Source of the DNA: the human T2T-CHM13v2.0 reference genome, Homo sapiens
Reading direction: 5' to 3'
Length of the DNA: 64,000 nt
Assembly: GCA_009914755.4 (NCBI GenBank)
Contig: CP068257.2
Coordinates: forward strand, 11,104,001 to 11,168,000
The translations under genes were made by a program, and so were the position numbers. Numbering within the stretch: the stretch's first letter is position 1; every line of letters begins with the position of its first letter. The notes below the pieces were generated by a model that ran no database searches, had not been told where the DNA came from, and saw only the letters and a program-made list of their open reading frames with translations. Shown piece by piece: positions 11,215 to 23,622 of the stretch.

Positions 11215-13084
11215 AAAAATAGAGTTTCAAAGCTGCTCTGTAAAAAGAAAGGTTCCACTCTGTTAGCTGAGTACACACATCACAAACTTGTTTCTGAGAA
11301 TCCTTCTGTCTCGTTTTTATGGGAAGATATTTACTTTTCCACCGTAGGCATCAAAGCGCTCCAAATGTCCACATCCAGATACTCCAGAACGAGTGTTTCA
11401 AACCTGCTCTATGAAAGGGAATCTTCAACTCTATGAGTTGAATGCAGACATCAGAAAGAAATTTCTGAGAATGCTGCTGTCTACCTTTTATTTGAATTCC
11501 CGCTTCCAACGAAATCCTCCAAGCTATCCAAATATCCACCTGCATTTTCCACAACAAGAGTGTTTCAAAACTGCTCTATCAATAGAAATGTTCAACTCCT
11601 TTGGCTGGGTACACACATCACAAACAAGTTTCTGAGAATGCTTCTGTCTAGTTTTTATGGGAAGACGTTCCCTTTTTCACCAAAGGCATCAAAGCGCTCC
11701 AAATGTCCACTTCCAGACACTACAAAAAGAGTGTTTCAAACGTGCTCTAAGAAAGCGAATGTTCAACTCTGTGACTTGAATGCAGATATCACAAAGTAGT
11801 TTCTGAGAGGGCTTCTGTCTAGATTTTAGATGATGATATTCCCGTTTCCAACGAAATCATTAGAGCTATCCAAATATCCACTTACAGTTTCTACAAAAAG
11901 AGTGTTTCCAAACTGCTGCATCAAAAGAGAGGTTCCACTCTGTTAGCTGAGTACACACATCACAAACTTGTTTCTCAGAATCCTTCTGTCTCGTTTTTAT
12001 GGGAAAATATTTACTTTTTCACCGTAGGCATCAAAGCGCTCCAAATGTCCACATCCAGATACTCCAGAAAGAGTGTTTCAAACCTGCTCTATGAAAGGGA
12101 ATCTTCAACTCTATGAGTTGAATGCAGACATCAGAAAGAAATTTCTGAGAATGCTGCTGTCTACCTTTTATTTGAATTCCCGCTTCCAACGAAATCCTCC
12201 AAGCTATCCAAATATCCACTTGCAGATTCCACAAAAAGAGTGTTTCAAAACTGCTCTCTATCAATGGCAAAGTTCAACTCTGTTAGTTGAGGACACATAT
12301 CACCAACAAGTTTCTGAGAATGCTTCTGTCTATTTTTTATGGGAAGATATTTCCTTTTTCACCGTAGGCGTCAAGGCGATCGAAATGTCCACTTCCACAA
12401 ACTACAAAAAGAGTGTTTCAAACCTGCTCTATGAAAGGCCATGTTCATCTCTATGAGTTGAATGGAAATATCCGAAAGAAATTTCTGGGAATGCTGCTGT
12501 CTAGTGTTTATACGAATTCCCGCTTCCAACGAAATCCTCAAAGCAATCCAAATATCCACTTGCAGAATCCACAAAAAGAGTGTTTCAAAACTGCTCTATC
12601 AATAGAAAGGTTCAACTCTTTTAGTTGAGTACACACATCACAAACAAGTTTCTGAGAATGCTTCTGTCTGGCTTTTATTGGAAGACGTTTCCTTTTCACC
12701 AAAGGCATCAAAGCGCTCCAAATGTCCACTTCCAGATTCTTCCAAAAGAGTGTTTCAAACGTGCTCAAAGTAAGGGAATGTTCAACTCTGTGACTTGAAT
12801 GCAGATATCACCAAGTAGTTTCTAATAGTGCTTCTGTCTAGATTTTAGATGATGATATTCCCGTTTCCAACGAAATCGTTAGAGCTATCCAAATATCCAG
12901 TTACAGTTTCTACAAAAAGAGTGTTTCCAAACTGCTGCATCAAAAGAAAGGTTCAACTCTGTTAGTTGAGGACACACATCACAAAGAAGTTTGTGAGAAT
13001 GCTTCTGTCTAGATTTTGTATGACGATATTCCCTTTTCCAACGATATCGTTAAAGCAATCTAAATATCAATTTGCAGAATCCAC
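11215..13084 (-). repeat. HOR unit 7 (11-mer, 1870 bp)
   Basis: Anchor at 11215. 'gggaaaatatttac' variant near 12001. Five intact boxes. Confidence 0.9.
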
Positions 13085-14954
13085 AAAAATAGAGTTTCAA
13101 AGCTGCTCTGTAAAAATAAAAGTTCCACTCTGTTAGCTGAGTACACACATCACAAACTTGTTTCTGAGAATCCTTCTGTCTCGTTTTTATGGGAAGATAT
13201 TTACTTTTTCACCGTAGGCATCAAAGCGCTCCAAATGTCCACATCCAGATACTCCAGAAAGACTGTTTCAAACCTGCTCTATGAAAGGGAATCTTCAACT
13301 CTATGAGTTGAATGCAGACATCAGAAAGAAATTTCTGAGAATGCTGCTGTCTACCTTTTATTTGAATTCCCGCTTCCAACGAAATCCTCCAAGCTATCCA
13401 AATATCCACTTGCATTTTCCACAACAAGAGTGTTTCAAAACTGCTCTATCAATAGAAATGTTCAACTCCTTTAGCTGGGTACACACATCACAAACAAGTT
13501 TCTGAGAATGCTTCTGTCTAGTTTTTATGGGAAGACGTTCCCTTTTTCACCAAAGGCATCAAAGCGCTCCAAATGTCCACTTCCAGACACTACAAAAAGA
13601 GTGTTTCAAACGTGCTCTAAGAAAGCGAATGTTCAACTCTGTGACTTGAATGCAGATATCACAAAGTAGTTACTGAGAGGGCTTCTGTCTAGATTTTAGA
13701 TGATGATATTCCCGTTTCCAACGAAATCATTAGAGCTATCCAAATATCCACTTACAGTTTCTACAAAAAGAGTGTTTCCAAACTGCTGCATCAAAAGAGA
13801 GGTTCCACTCTGTTAGCCGAGTACACACATCACAAACTTGTTTCTCAGAATCCTTCTGTCTCGTTTTTATGGGAAGATATTTACTTTTTCACCGTAGGCA
13901 TCAAAGCGCTCCAAATGTCCACATCCAGATACTCCAGAAAGAGTGTTTCAAACCTGCTCTATGAAAGGGAATCTTCAACTCTATGAGTTGAATGCAGACA
14001 TCAGAAAGAAATTTCTGAGAATGCTGCTGTCTACCTTTTATTTGAATTCCCGCTTCCAACGAAATCCTCCAAGCTATCCAAATATCCACTTGCAGATTCC
14101 ACAAAAAGAGTGTTTCAAAACTGCTCTCTATCAATGGCAAAGTTCAACTCTGTTAGTTGAGGACACATATCACCAACAAGTTTCTGAGAATGCTTCTGTC
14201 TATTTTTTATGGGAAGATATTTCCTTTTTCACCGTAGGCGTCAAGGCGATCGAAATGTCCACTTCCACAAACTACAAAAAGAGTGTTTCAAACCTGCTCT
14301 ATGAAAGGCCATGTTCATCTCTATGAGTTGAATGGAAATATCCGAAAGAAATTTCTGGGAATGCTGCTGTCTAGTGTTTATACGAATTCCCGCTTCCAAC
14401 GAAATCCTCAAAGCAATCCAAATATCCACTTGCAGAATCCACAAAAAGAGTGTTTCAAAACTGCTCTATCAATAGAAAGGTTCAACTCTTTTAGTTGAGT
14501 ACACACATCACGAACAAGTTTCTGAGAATGCTTCTGTCTGGCTTTTATTGGAAGACGTTTCCTTTTCACCAAAGGCATCAAAGCGCTCCAAATGTCCACT
14601 TCCAGATTCTTCCAAAAGAGTGTTTCAAACGTGCTCAAAGTAAGGGAATGTTCAACTCTGTGACTTGAATGCAGATATCACCAAGTAGTTTCTAATAGTG
14701 CTTCTGTCTACATTTTAGATGATGATATTCCCTTTTCCAACGAAATCGTTAGAGCTATCCAAATATCCAGTTACAGTTTCTACCAAAAGGGTGTTTCCAA
14801 ATTGCTGCATCAAAAGAAAGGTTCAACTCTGTTAGTTGAGGACACACATCACAAAGAAGTTTGTGAGAATGCTTCTGTCTAGATTTTGTATGACGATATT
14901 CCCTTTTCCAACGATATCGTTAAAGCAATCTAAATATCAATTTGCAGAATCCAC
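13085..14954 (-). repeat. HOR unit 8 (11-mer, 1870 bp)
   Basis: Anchor at 13085. m1 variants 'taaaaataaaagttcc' and 'ccagaaagactg' (m5-like patch). m5 'gccgag'. m10 box CCCG->CCCT (14729-14745). Confidence 0.9.
14729..14745 (-). promoter_or_regulatory. Mutated CENP-B box (CCCG->CCCT), monomer 10. First of 16 units carrying this lesion.
   Basis: TCCCTTTTCCAACGAAA. The same change is in units 8, 11, 13, 15, 17, 19, 21, 23, 25, 26, 28, 30, 32, 33 and 34. Confidence 0.8.
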
Positions 14955-16144
14955 AAAAATAGAGTTTCAAAGCTGCTCTGTAAAAAGAAAGGTTCCACTC
15001 TGTTAGCTGAGTACACACATCACAAACTTGTTTCTGAGAATCCTTCTGTCTCGTTTTTATGGGAAGATATTTACTTTTTCACCGTAGGCATCAAAGCGCT
15101 CCAAATGTCCACATCCAGATACTCCAGAACGAGTGTTTCAAACCTGCTCTATGAAAGGGAATCTTCAACTCTATGAGTTGAATGCAGACATCAGAAAGAA
15201 ATTTCTGAGAATGCTGCTGTCTACCTTTTATTTGAATTCCCGCTTCCAACGAAATCCTCCAAGCTATCCAAATATCCACTTGCAGATTCCACAAAAAGAG
15301 TGTTTCAAAACTGCTCTCTATCAATGGCAAAGTTCAACTCTGTTAGTTGAGGACACATATCACCAACAAGTTTCTGAGAATGCTTCTGTCTATTTTTTAT
15401 GGGAAGATATTTCCTTTTTCAGCGTAGGCGTCAAGGCGATCGAAATGTCCACTTCCACAAACTACAAAAAGAGTGTTTCAAACCTGCTCTATGAAAGGCC
15501 ATGTTCATCTCTATGAGTTGAATGGAAATATCCGAAAGAAATTTCTGGGAATGCTGCTGTCTAGTGTTTATACGAATTCCCGCTTCCAACGAAATCCTCA
15601 AAGCAATCCAAATATCCACTTGCAGAATCCACAAAAAGAGTGTTTCAAAACTGCTCTATCAATAGAAAGGTTCAACTCTTTTAGTTGAGTACACACATCA
15701 CGAACAAGTTTCTGAGAATGCTTCTGTCTGGCTTTTATTGGAAGACGTTTCCTTTTCACCAAAGGCATCAAAGCGCTCCAAATGTCCACTTCCAGATTCT
15801 TCCAAAAGAGTGTTTCAAACGTGCTCAAAGTAAGGGAATGTTCAACTCTGTGACTTGAATGCAGATATCACCAAGTAGTTTCTAATAGTGCTTCTGTCTA
15901 CATTTTAGATGATGATATTCCCGTTTCCAACGAAATCGTTAGAGCTATCCAAATATCCAGTTACAGTTTCTACCAAAAGGGTGTTTCCAAATTGCTGCAT
16001 CAAAAGAAAGGTTCAACTCTGTTAGTTGAGGACACACATCACAAAGAAGTTTGTGAGAATGCTTCTGTCTAGATTTTGTATGACGATATTCCCTTTTCCA
16101 ACGATATCGTTAAAGCAATCTAAATATCAATTTGCAGAATCCAC
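14955..16144 (-). repeat. HOR unit 9: 7-mer deletion variant (1190 bp; m1, m2/6 fusion, m7-m11)
   Basis: Anchor spacing is 1190 bp instead of 1870, i.e. 4 x 170 bp are missing. After m1 the next monomer ends with the m6-type 'ccacttgcagattccacaaaaagag' and runs straight into m7 ('ctctctatcaatggcaaag'). Confidence 0.88.
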
Positions 16145-18014
16145 AAAAATAGAGTTTCAAAGCTGCTCTGTAAAAAGAAAGGTTCCACTCTGTTAGCTGA
16201 GTACACACATCACAAACTTGTTTCTGAGAATCCTTCTGTCTCGTTTTTATGGGAAGATATTTACTTTTCCACCGTAGGCATCAAAGCGCTCCAAATGTCC
16301 ACATCCAGATACTCCAGAACGAGTGTTTCAAACCTGCTCTATGAAAGGGAATCTTCAACTCTATGAGTTGAATGCAGACATCAGAAAGAAATTTCTGAGA
16401 ATGCTGCTGTCTACCTTTTATTTGAATTCCCGCTTCCAACGAAATCCTCCAAGCTATCCAAATATCCACCTGCATTTTCCACAACAAGAGTGTTTCAAAA
16501 CTGCTCTATCAATAGAAATGTTCAACTCCTTTGGCTGGGTACACACATCACAAACAAGTTTCTGAGAATGCTTCTGTCTAGTTTTTATGGGAAGACGTTC
16601 CCTTTTTCACCAAAGGCATCAAAGCGCTCCAAATGTCCACTTCCAGACACTACAAAAAGAGTGTTTCAAACGTGCTCTAAGAAAGCGAATGTTCAACTCT
16701 GTGACTTGAATGCAGATATCACAAAGTAGTTTCTGAGAGGGCTTCTGTCTAGATTTTAGATGATGATATTCCCGTTTCCAACGAAATCATTAGAGCTATC
16801 CAAATATCCACTTACAGTTTCTACAAAAAGAGTGTTTCCAAACTGCTGCATCAAAAGAGAGGTTCCACTCTGTTAGCTGAGTACACACATCACAAACTTG
16901 TTTCTCAGAATCCTTCTGTCTCGTTTTTATGGGAAGATATTTACTTTTTCACCGTAGGCATCAAAGCGCTCCAAATGTCCACATCCAGATACTCCAGAAA
17001 GAGTGTTTCAAACCTGCTCTATGAAAGGGAATCTTCAACTCTATGAGTTGAATGCAGACATCAGAAAGAAATTTCTGAGAATGCTGCTGTCTACCTTTTA
17101 TTTGAATTCCCGCTTCCAACGAAATCCTCCAAGCTATCCAAATATCCACTTGCAGATTCCACAAAAAGAGTGTTTCAAAACTGCTCTCTATCAATGGCAA
17201 AGTTCAACTCTGTTAGTTGAGGACACATATCACCAACAAGTTTCTGAGAATGCTTCTGTCTATTTTTTATGGGAAGATATTTCCTTTTTCACCGTAGGCG
17301 TCAAGGCGATCGAAATGTCCACTTCCACAAACTACAAAAAGAGTGTTTCAAACCTGCTCTATGAAAGGCCATGTTCATCTCTATGAGTTGAATGGAAATA
17401 TCCGAAAGAAATTTCTGGGAATGCTGCTGTCTAGTGTTTATACGAATTCCCGCTTCCAACGTAATCCTCAAAGCAATCCAAATATCCACTTGCAGAATCC
17501 ACAAAAAGAGTGTTTCAAAACTGCTCTATCAATAGAAAGGTTCAACTCTTTTAGTTGAGTACACACATCACGAACAAGTTTCTGAGAATGCTTCTGTCTG
17601 GCTTTTATTGGAAGACGTTTCCTTTTCACCAAAGGCATCAAAGCGCTCCAAATGTCCACTTCCAGATTCTTCCAAAAGAGTGTTTCAAACGTGCTCAAAG
17701 TAAGGGAATGTTCAACTCTGTGACTTGAATGCAGATATCACCAAGTAGTTTCTAATAGTGCTTCTGTCTACATTTTAGATGATGATATTCCCGTTTCCAA
17801 CGAAATCGCTAGAGCTATCCAAATATCCAGTTACAGTTTCTACCAAAAGGGTGTTTCCAAATTGCTGCATCAAAAGAAAGGTTCAACTCTGTTAGTTGAG
17901 GACACACATCACAAAGAAGTTTGTGAGAATGCTTCTGTCTAGGTTTTGTATGACGATATTCCCTTTTCCAACGATATCGTTAAAGCAATCTAAATATCAA
18001 TTTGCAGAATCCAC
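16145..18014 (-). repeat. HOR unit 10 (11-mer, 1870 bp)
   Basis: Anchor at 16145. m8 'cgtaatcctcaaag', m10 'cgctagag', m11 'ctaggttttg'. m3 'ggcatcaaag' with 'gcagatatc'. Confidence 0.9.
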
Positions 18015-19883
18015 AAAAATAGAGTTTCAAAGCTGCTCTGTAAAAAGAAAGGTTCCACTCTGTTAGCTGAGTACACACATCACAAACTTGTTTCTCAGAA
18101 TCCTTCTGTCTCGTTTTTATGGGAAGATACTTACTTTTCCACCGTAGGCATCAAAGCGCTCCAAATGTCCACATCCAGATACTCCAGAACGAGTGTTTCA
18201 AACCTGCTCTATGAAAGGGAATCTTCAACTCTATGAGTTGAATGCAGACATCAGAAAGAAATTTCTGAGAATGCTGCTGTCTACCTTTTATTTGAATTCC
18301 CGCTTCCAACGAAATCCTCCAAGCTATCCAAATATCCACCTGCATTTTCCACAACAAGAGTGTTTCAAAACTGCTCTATCAATAGAAATGTTCAACTCCT
18401 TTGGCTGGGTACACACATCACAAACAAGTTTCTGAGAATGCTTCTGTCTAGTTTTTATGGGAAGACGTTCCCTTTTTCACCAAAGGCATCAAAGCGCTCC
18501 AAATGTCCACTTCCAGACACTACAAAAAGAGTGTTTCAAACGTGCTCTAAGAAAGCGAATGTTCAACTCTGTGACTTGAATGCACATATCACAAAGTAGT
18601 TTCTGAGAGGGCTTCTGTCTAGATTTTAGATGATGATATTCCCGTTTCCAACAAAATCATTAGAGCTTCCAAATATCCACTTACAGTTTCTACAAAAAGA
18701 GTGTTTCCAAACTGCTGCATCAAAAGAGAGGTTCCACTCTGTTAGCTGAGTACACACATCACAAACTTGTTTCTCAGAATCCTTCTGTCTCGTTTTTATG
18801 GGAAGATATTTACTTTTTCACCGTAGGCATCAAAGCGCTCCAAATGTCCACATCCAGATACTCCAGAAAGAGTGTTTCAAACCTGCCCTATGAAAGGGAA
18901 TCTTCAACTCTATGAGTTGAATGCAGACATCAGAAAGAAATTTCTGAGAATGCTGCTGTCTACCTTTTATTTGAATTCCCGCTTCCAACGAAATCCTCCA
19001 AGCTATCCAAATATCCACTTGCAGATTCCACAAAAAGAGTGTTTCAAAACTGCTCTCTATCAATGGCAAAGTTCAACTCTGTTAGTTGAGGACACATATC
19101 ACCAACAAGTTTCTGAGAATGCTTCTGTCTATTTTTTATGGGAAGATATTTCCTTTTTCACCGTAGGCGTCAAGGCGATCGAAATGTCCACTTCCACAAA
19201 CTACAAAAAGAGTGTTTCAAACCTGCTCTATGAAAGGCCATGTTCATCTCTATGAGTTGAATGGAAATATCCGAAAGAAATTTCTGGGAATGCTGCTGTC
19301 TAGTGTTTATACGAATTCCCGCTTCCAACGAAATCCTCAAAGCAATCCAAATATCCACTTGCAGAATCCACAAAAAGAGTGTTTCAAAACTGCTCTATCA
19401 ATAGAAAGGTTCAACTCTTTTAGTTGAGTACACACATCACGAACAAGTTTCTGAGAATGCTTCTGTCTGGCTTTTATTGGAAGACGTTTCCTTTTCAACA
19501 AAGGCATCAAAGCGCTCCAAATGTCCACTTCCAGATTCTTCCAAAAGAGTGTTTCAAACGTGCTCAAAGTAAAGGAATGTTCAACTCTGTGACTTGAATG
19601 CAGATATCACCAAGTAGTTTCTAATAGTGCTTCTGCCTACATTTTAGATGATGATATTCCCTTTTCCAACGAAATCGTTAGAGCTATCCAAATATCCAGT
19701 TACAGTTTCTACCAAAAGGGTGTTTCCAAATTGCTGCATCAAAAGAAAGGTTCAACTCTGTTAGTTGAGGACACACATCACAAAGAAGTTTGTGAGAATG
19801 CTTCTGTCTAGATTTTGTATGACGATATTCCCTTTTCCAACGATATCGTTAAAGCAATCTAAATATCAATTTGCAGAATCCAC
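18015..19883 (-). repeat. HOR unit 11 (11-mer, 1869 bp; B0 haplotype)
   Basis: m1 'tctcagaatcc' and 'gatacttac'. 'gcacatatc'. m4 box CAAA (18640-18656). m6 'cctgccctatg'. m9 'ttcaacaaagg'. m10 'ctgcctac' with box CCCT. Confidence 0.9.
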
Positions 19884-21753
19884 AAAAATAGAGTTTCAAA
19901 GCTGCTCTGTAAAAAGAAAGGTTCCACTCTGTTAGCTGAGTACACACATCACAAACTTGTTTCTGAGAATCCTTCTGTCTCGTTTTTATGGGAAGATATT
20001 TACTTTTCCACCGTAGGCATCAAAGCGCTCCAAATGTCCACATCCAGATACTCCAGAACGAGTGTTTCAAACCTGCTCTATGAAAGGGAATCTTCAACTC
20101 TATGAGTTGAATGCAGACATCAGAAAGAAATTTCTGAGAATGCTGCTGTCTACCTTTTATTTGAATTCCCGCTTCCAACGAAATCCTCCAAGCTATCCAA
20201 ATATCCACCTGCATTTTCCACAAAAAGAGTGTTTCAAAACTGCTCTATCAATAGAAATGTTCAACTCCTTTGGCTGGGTACACACATCACAAACAAGTTT
20301 CTGAGAATGCTTCTGTCTAGTTTTTATGGGAAGACATTCCCTTTTTCACCAAAGACATCAAAGCGCTCCAAATGTCCACTTCCAGACACTACAAAAAGAG
20401 TGTTTCAAACGTGCTCTAAGAAAGCGAATGTTCAACTTTGTGACTTGAATGCAGATATCACAAAGTAGTTTCTGAGAGGGCTTCTGTCTAGATTTTAGAT
20501 GATGATATTCCCGTTTCCAACGAAATCATTAGAGCTATCCAAATATCCACTTACAGTTTCTACAAAAAGAGTGTTTCCAAACTGCTGCATCAAAAGAGAG
20601 GTTCCACTCTGTTAGCTGAGTACACACATCACAAACTTGTTTCTCAGAATCCTTCTGTCTCGTTTTTATGGGAAGATATTTACTTTTTCACCGTAGGCAT
20701 CAAAGCGCTCCAAATGTCCACATCCAGATACTCCAGAAAGAGTGTTTCAAACCTGCTCTATGAAAGGGAATCTTCAACTCTATGAGTTGAATGCAGACAT
20801 CAGAAAGAAATTTCTGAGAATGCTGCTGTCTACCTTTTATTTGAATTCCCGCTTCCAACGAAATCCTCCAAGCTATCCAAATATCCACTTGCAGATTCCA
20901 CAAAAAGAGTGTTTCAAAACTGCTCTCTATCAATGGCAAAGTTCAACTCTGTTAGTTGAGGACACATATCACCAACAAGTTTCTGAGAATGCTTCTGTCT
21001 ATTTTTTATGGGAAGATATTTCCTTTTTCACCGTAGGCGTCAAGGCGATCGAAATGTCCACTTCCACAAACTACAAAAAGAGTGTTTCAAACCTGCTCTA
21101 TGAAAGGCCATGTTCATCTCTATGAGTTGAATGGAAATATCCGAAAGAAATTTCTGGGAATGCTGCTGTCTAGTGTTTATACGAATTCCCGCTTCCAACG
21201 TAATCCTCAAAGCAATCCAAATATCCACTTGCAGAATCCACAAAAAGAGTGTTTCAAAACTGCTCTATCAATAGAAAGGTTCAACTCTTTTAGTTGAGTA
21301 CACACATCACGAACAAGTTTCTGAGAATGCTTCTGTCTGGCTTTTATTGGAAGACGTTTCCTTTTCACCAAAGGCATCAAAGCGCTCCAAATGTCCACTT
21401 CCAGATTCTTCCAAAAGAGTGTTTCAAACGTGCTCAAAGTAAGGGAATGTTCAACTCTGTGACTTGAATGCAGATATCACCAAGTAGTTTCTAATAGTGC
21501 TTCTGTCTACATTTTAGATGATGATATTCCCGTTTCCAACGAAATCGCTAGAGCTATCCAAATATCCAGTTACAGTTTCTACCAAAAGGGTGTTTCCAAA
21601 TTGCTGCATCAAAAGAAAGGTTCAACTCTGTTAGTTGAGGACACACATCACAAAGAAGTTTGTGAGAATGCTTCTGTCTAGGTTTTGTATGACGATATTC
21701 CCTTTTCCAACGATATCGTTAAAGCAATCTAAATATCAATTTGCAGAATCCAC
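19884..21753 (-). repeat. HOR unit 12 (11-mer, 1870 bp; A* haplotype)
   Basis: m3 'gacattccc...gacatcaaag'. 'caactttgtgac'. m8 'cgtaat'. m10 'cgctagag' with intact box. m11 'ctaggttttg'. Confidence 0.9.
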
Positions 21754-23622
21754 AAAAATAGAGTTTCAAAGCTGCTCTGTAAAAAGAAAGGTTCCACTCT
21801 GTTAGCTGAGTACACACATCACAAACTTGTTTCTCAGAATCCTTCTGTCTCGTTTTTATGGGAAGATACTTACTTTTCCACCGTAGGCATCAAAGCGCTC
21901 CAAATGTCCACATCCAGATACTCCAGAACGAGTGTTTCAAACCTGCTCTATGAAAGGGAATCTTCAACTCTATGAGTTGAATGCAGACATCAGAAAGAAA
22001 TTTCTGAGAATGCTGCTGTCTACCTTTTATTTGAATTCCCGCTTCCAACGAAATCCTCCAAGCTATCCAAATATCCACCTGCATTTTCCACAACAAGAGT
22101 GTTTCAAAACTGCTCTATCAATAGAAATGTTCAACTCCTTTGGCTGGGTACACACATCACAAACAAGTTTCTGAGAATGCTTCTGTCTAGTTTTTATGGG
22201 AAGACGTTCCCTTTTTCACCAAAGGCATCAAAGCGCTCCAAATGTCCACTTCCAGACACTACAAAAAGAGTGTTTCAAACGTGCTCTAAGAAAGCGAATG
22301 TTCAACTCTGTGACTTGAATGCACATATCACAAAGTAGTTTCTGAGAGGGCTTCTGTCTAGATTTTAGATGATGATATTCCCGTTTCCAACAAAATCATT
22401 AGAGCTTCCAAATATCCACTTACAGTTTCTACAAAAAGAGTGTTTCCAAACTGCTGCATCAAAAGAGAGGTTCCACTCTGTTAGCTGAGTACACACATCA
22501 CAAACTTGTTTCTCAGAATCCTTCTGTCTCGTTTTTATGGGAAGATATTTACTTTTTCACCGTAGGCATCAAAGCGCTCCAAATGTCCACATCCAGATAC
22601 TCCAGAAAGAGTGTTTCAAACCTGCCCTATGAAAGGGAATCTTCAACTCTATGAGTTGAATGCAGACATCAGAAAGAAATTTCTGAGAATGCTGCTGTCT
22701 ACCTTTTATTTGAATTCCCGCTTCCAACGAAATCCTCCAAGCTATCCAAATATCCACTTGCAGATTCCACAAAAAGAGTGTTTCAAAACTGCTCTCTATC
22801 AATGGCAAAGTTCAACTCTGTTAGTTGAGGACACATATCACCAACAAGTTTCTGAGAATGCTTCTGTCTATTTTTTATGGGAAGATATTTCCTTTTTCAC
22901 CGTAGGCGTCAAGGCGATCGAAATGTCCACTTCCACAAACTACAAAAAGAGTGTTTCAAACCTGCTCTATGAAAGGCCATGTTCATCTCTATGAGTTGAA
23001 TGGAAATATCCGAAAGAAATTTCTGGGAATGCTGCTGTCTAGTGTTTATACGAATTCCCGCTTCCAACGAAATCCTCAAAGCAATCCAAATATCCACTTG
23101 CAGAATCCACAAAAAGAGTGTTTCAAAACTGCTCTATCAATAGAAAGGTTCAACTCTTTTAGTTGAGTACACACATCACGAACAAGTTTCTGAGAATGCT
23201 TCTGTCTGGCTTTTATTGGAAGACGTTTCCTTTTCAACAAAGGCATCAAAGCGCTCCAAATGTCCACTTCCAGATTCTTCCAAAAGAGTGTTTCAAACGT
23301 GCTCAAAGTAAAGGAATGTTCAACTCTGTGACTTGAATGCAGATATCACCAAGTAGTTTCTAATAGTGCTTCTGCCTACATTTTAGATGATGATATTCCC
23401 TTTTCCAACGAAATCGTTAGAGCTATCCAAATATCCAGTTACAGTTTCTACCAAAAGGGTGTTTCCAAATTGCTGCATCAAAAGAAAGGTTCAACTCTGT
23501 TAGTTGAGGACACACATCACAAAGAAGTTTGTGAGAATGCTTCTGTCTAGATTTTGTATGACGATATTCCCTTTTCCAACGATATCGTTAAAGCAATCTA
23601 AATATCAATTTGCAGAATCCAC
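21754..23622 (-). repeat. HOR unit 13 (11-mer, 1869 bp; B0 haplotype)
   Basis: Same marker set as unit 11, including 'gtaaaggaatg'. m4 box CAAA and m10 box CCCT. Confidence 0.9.
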
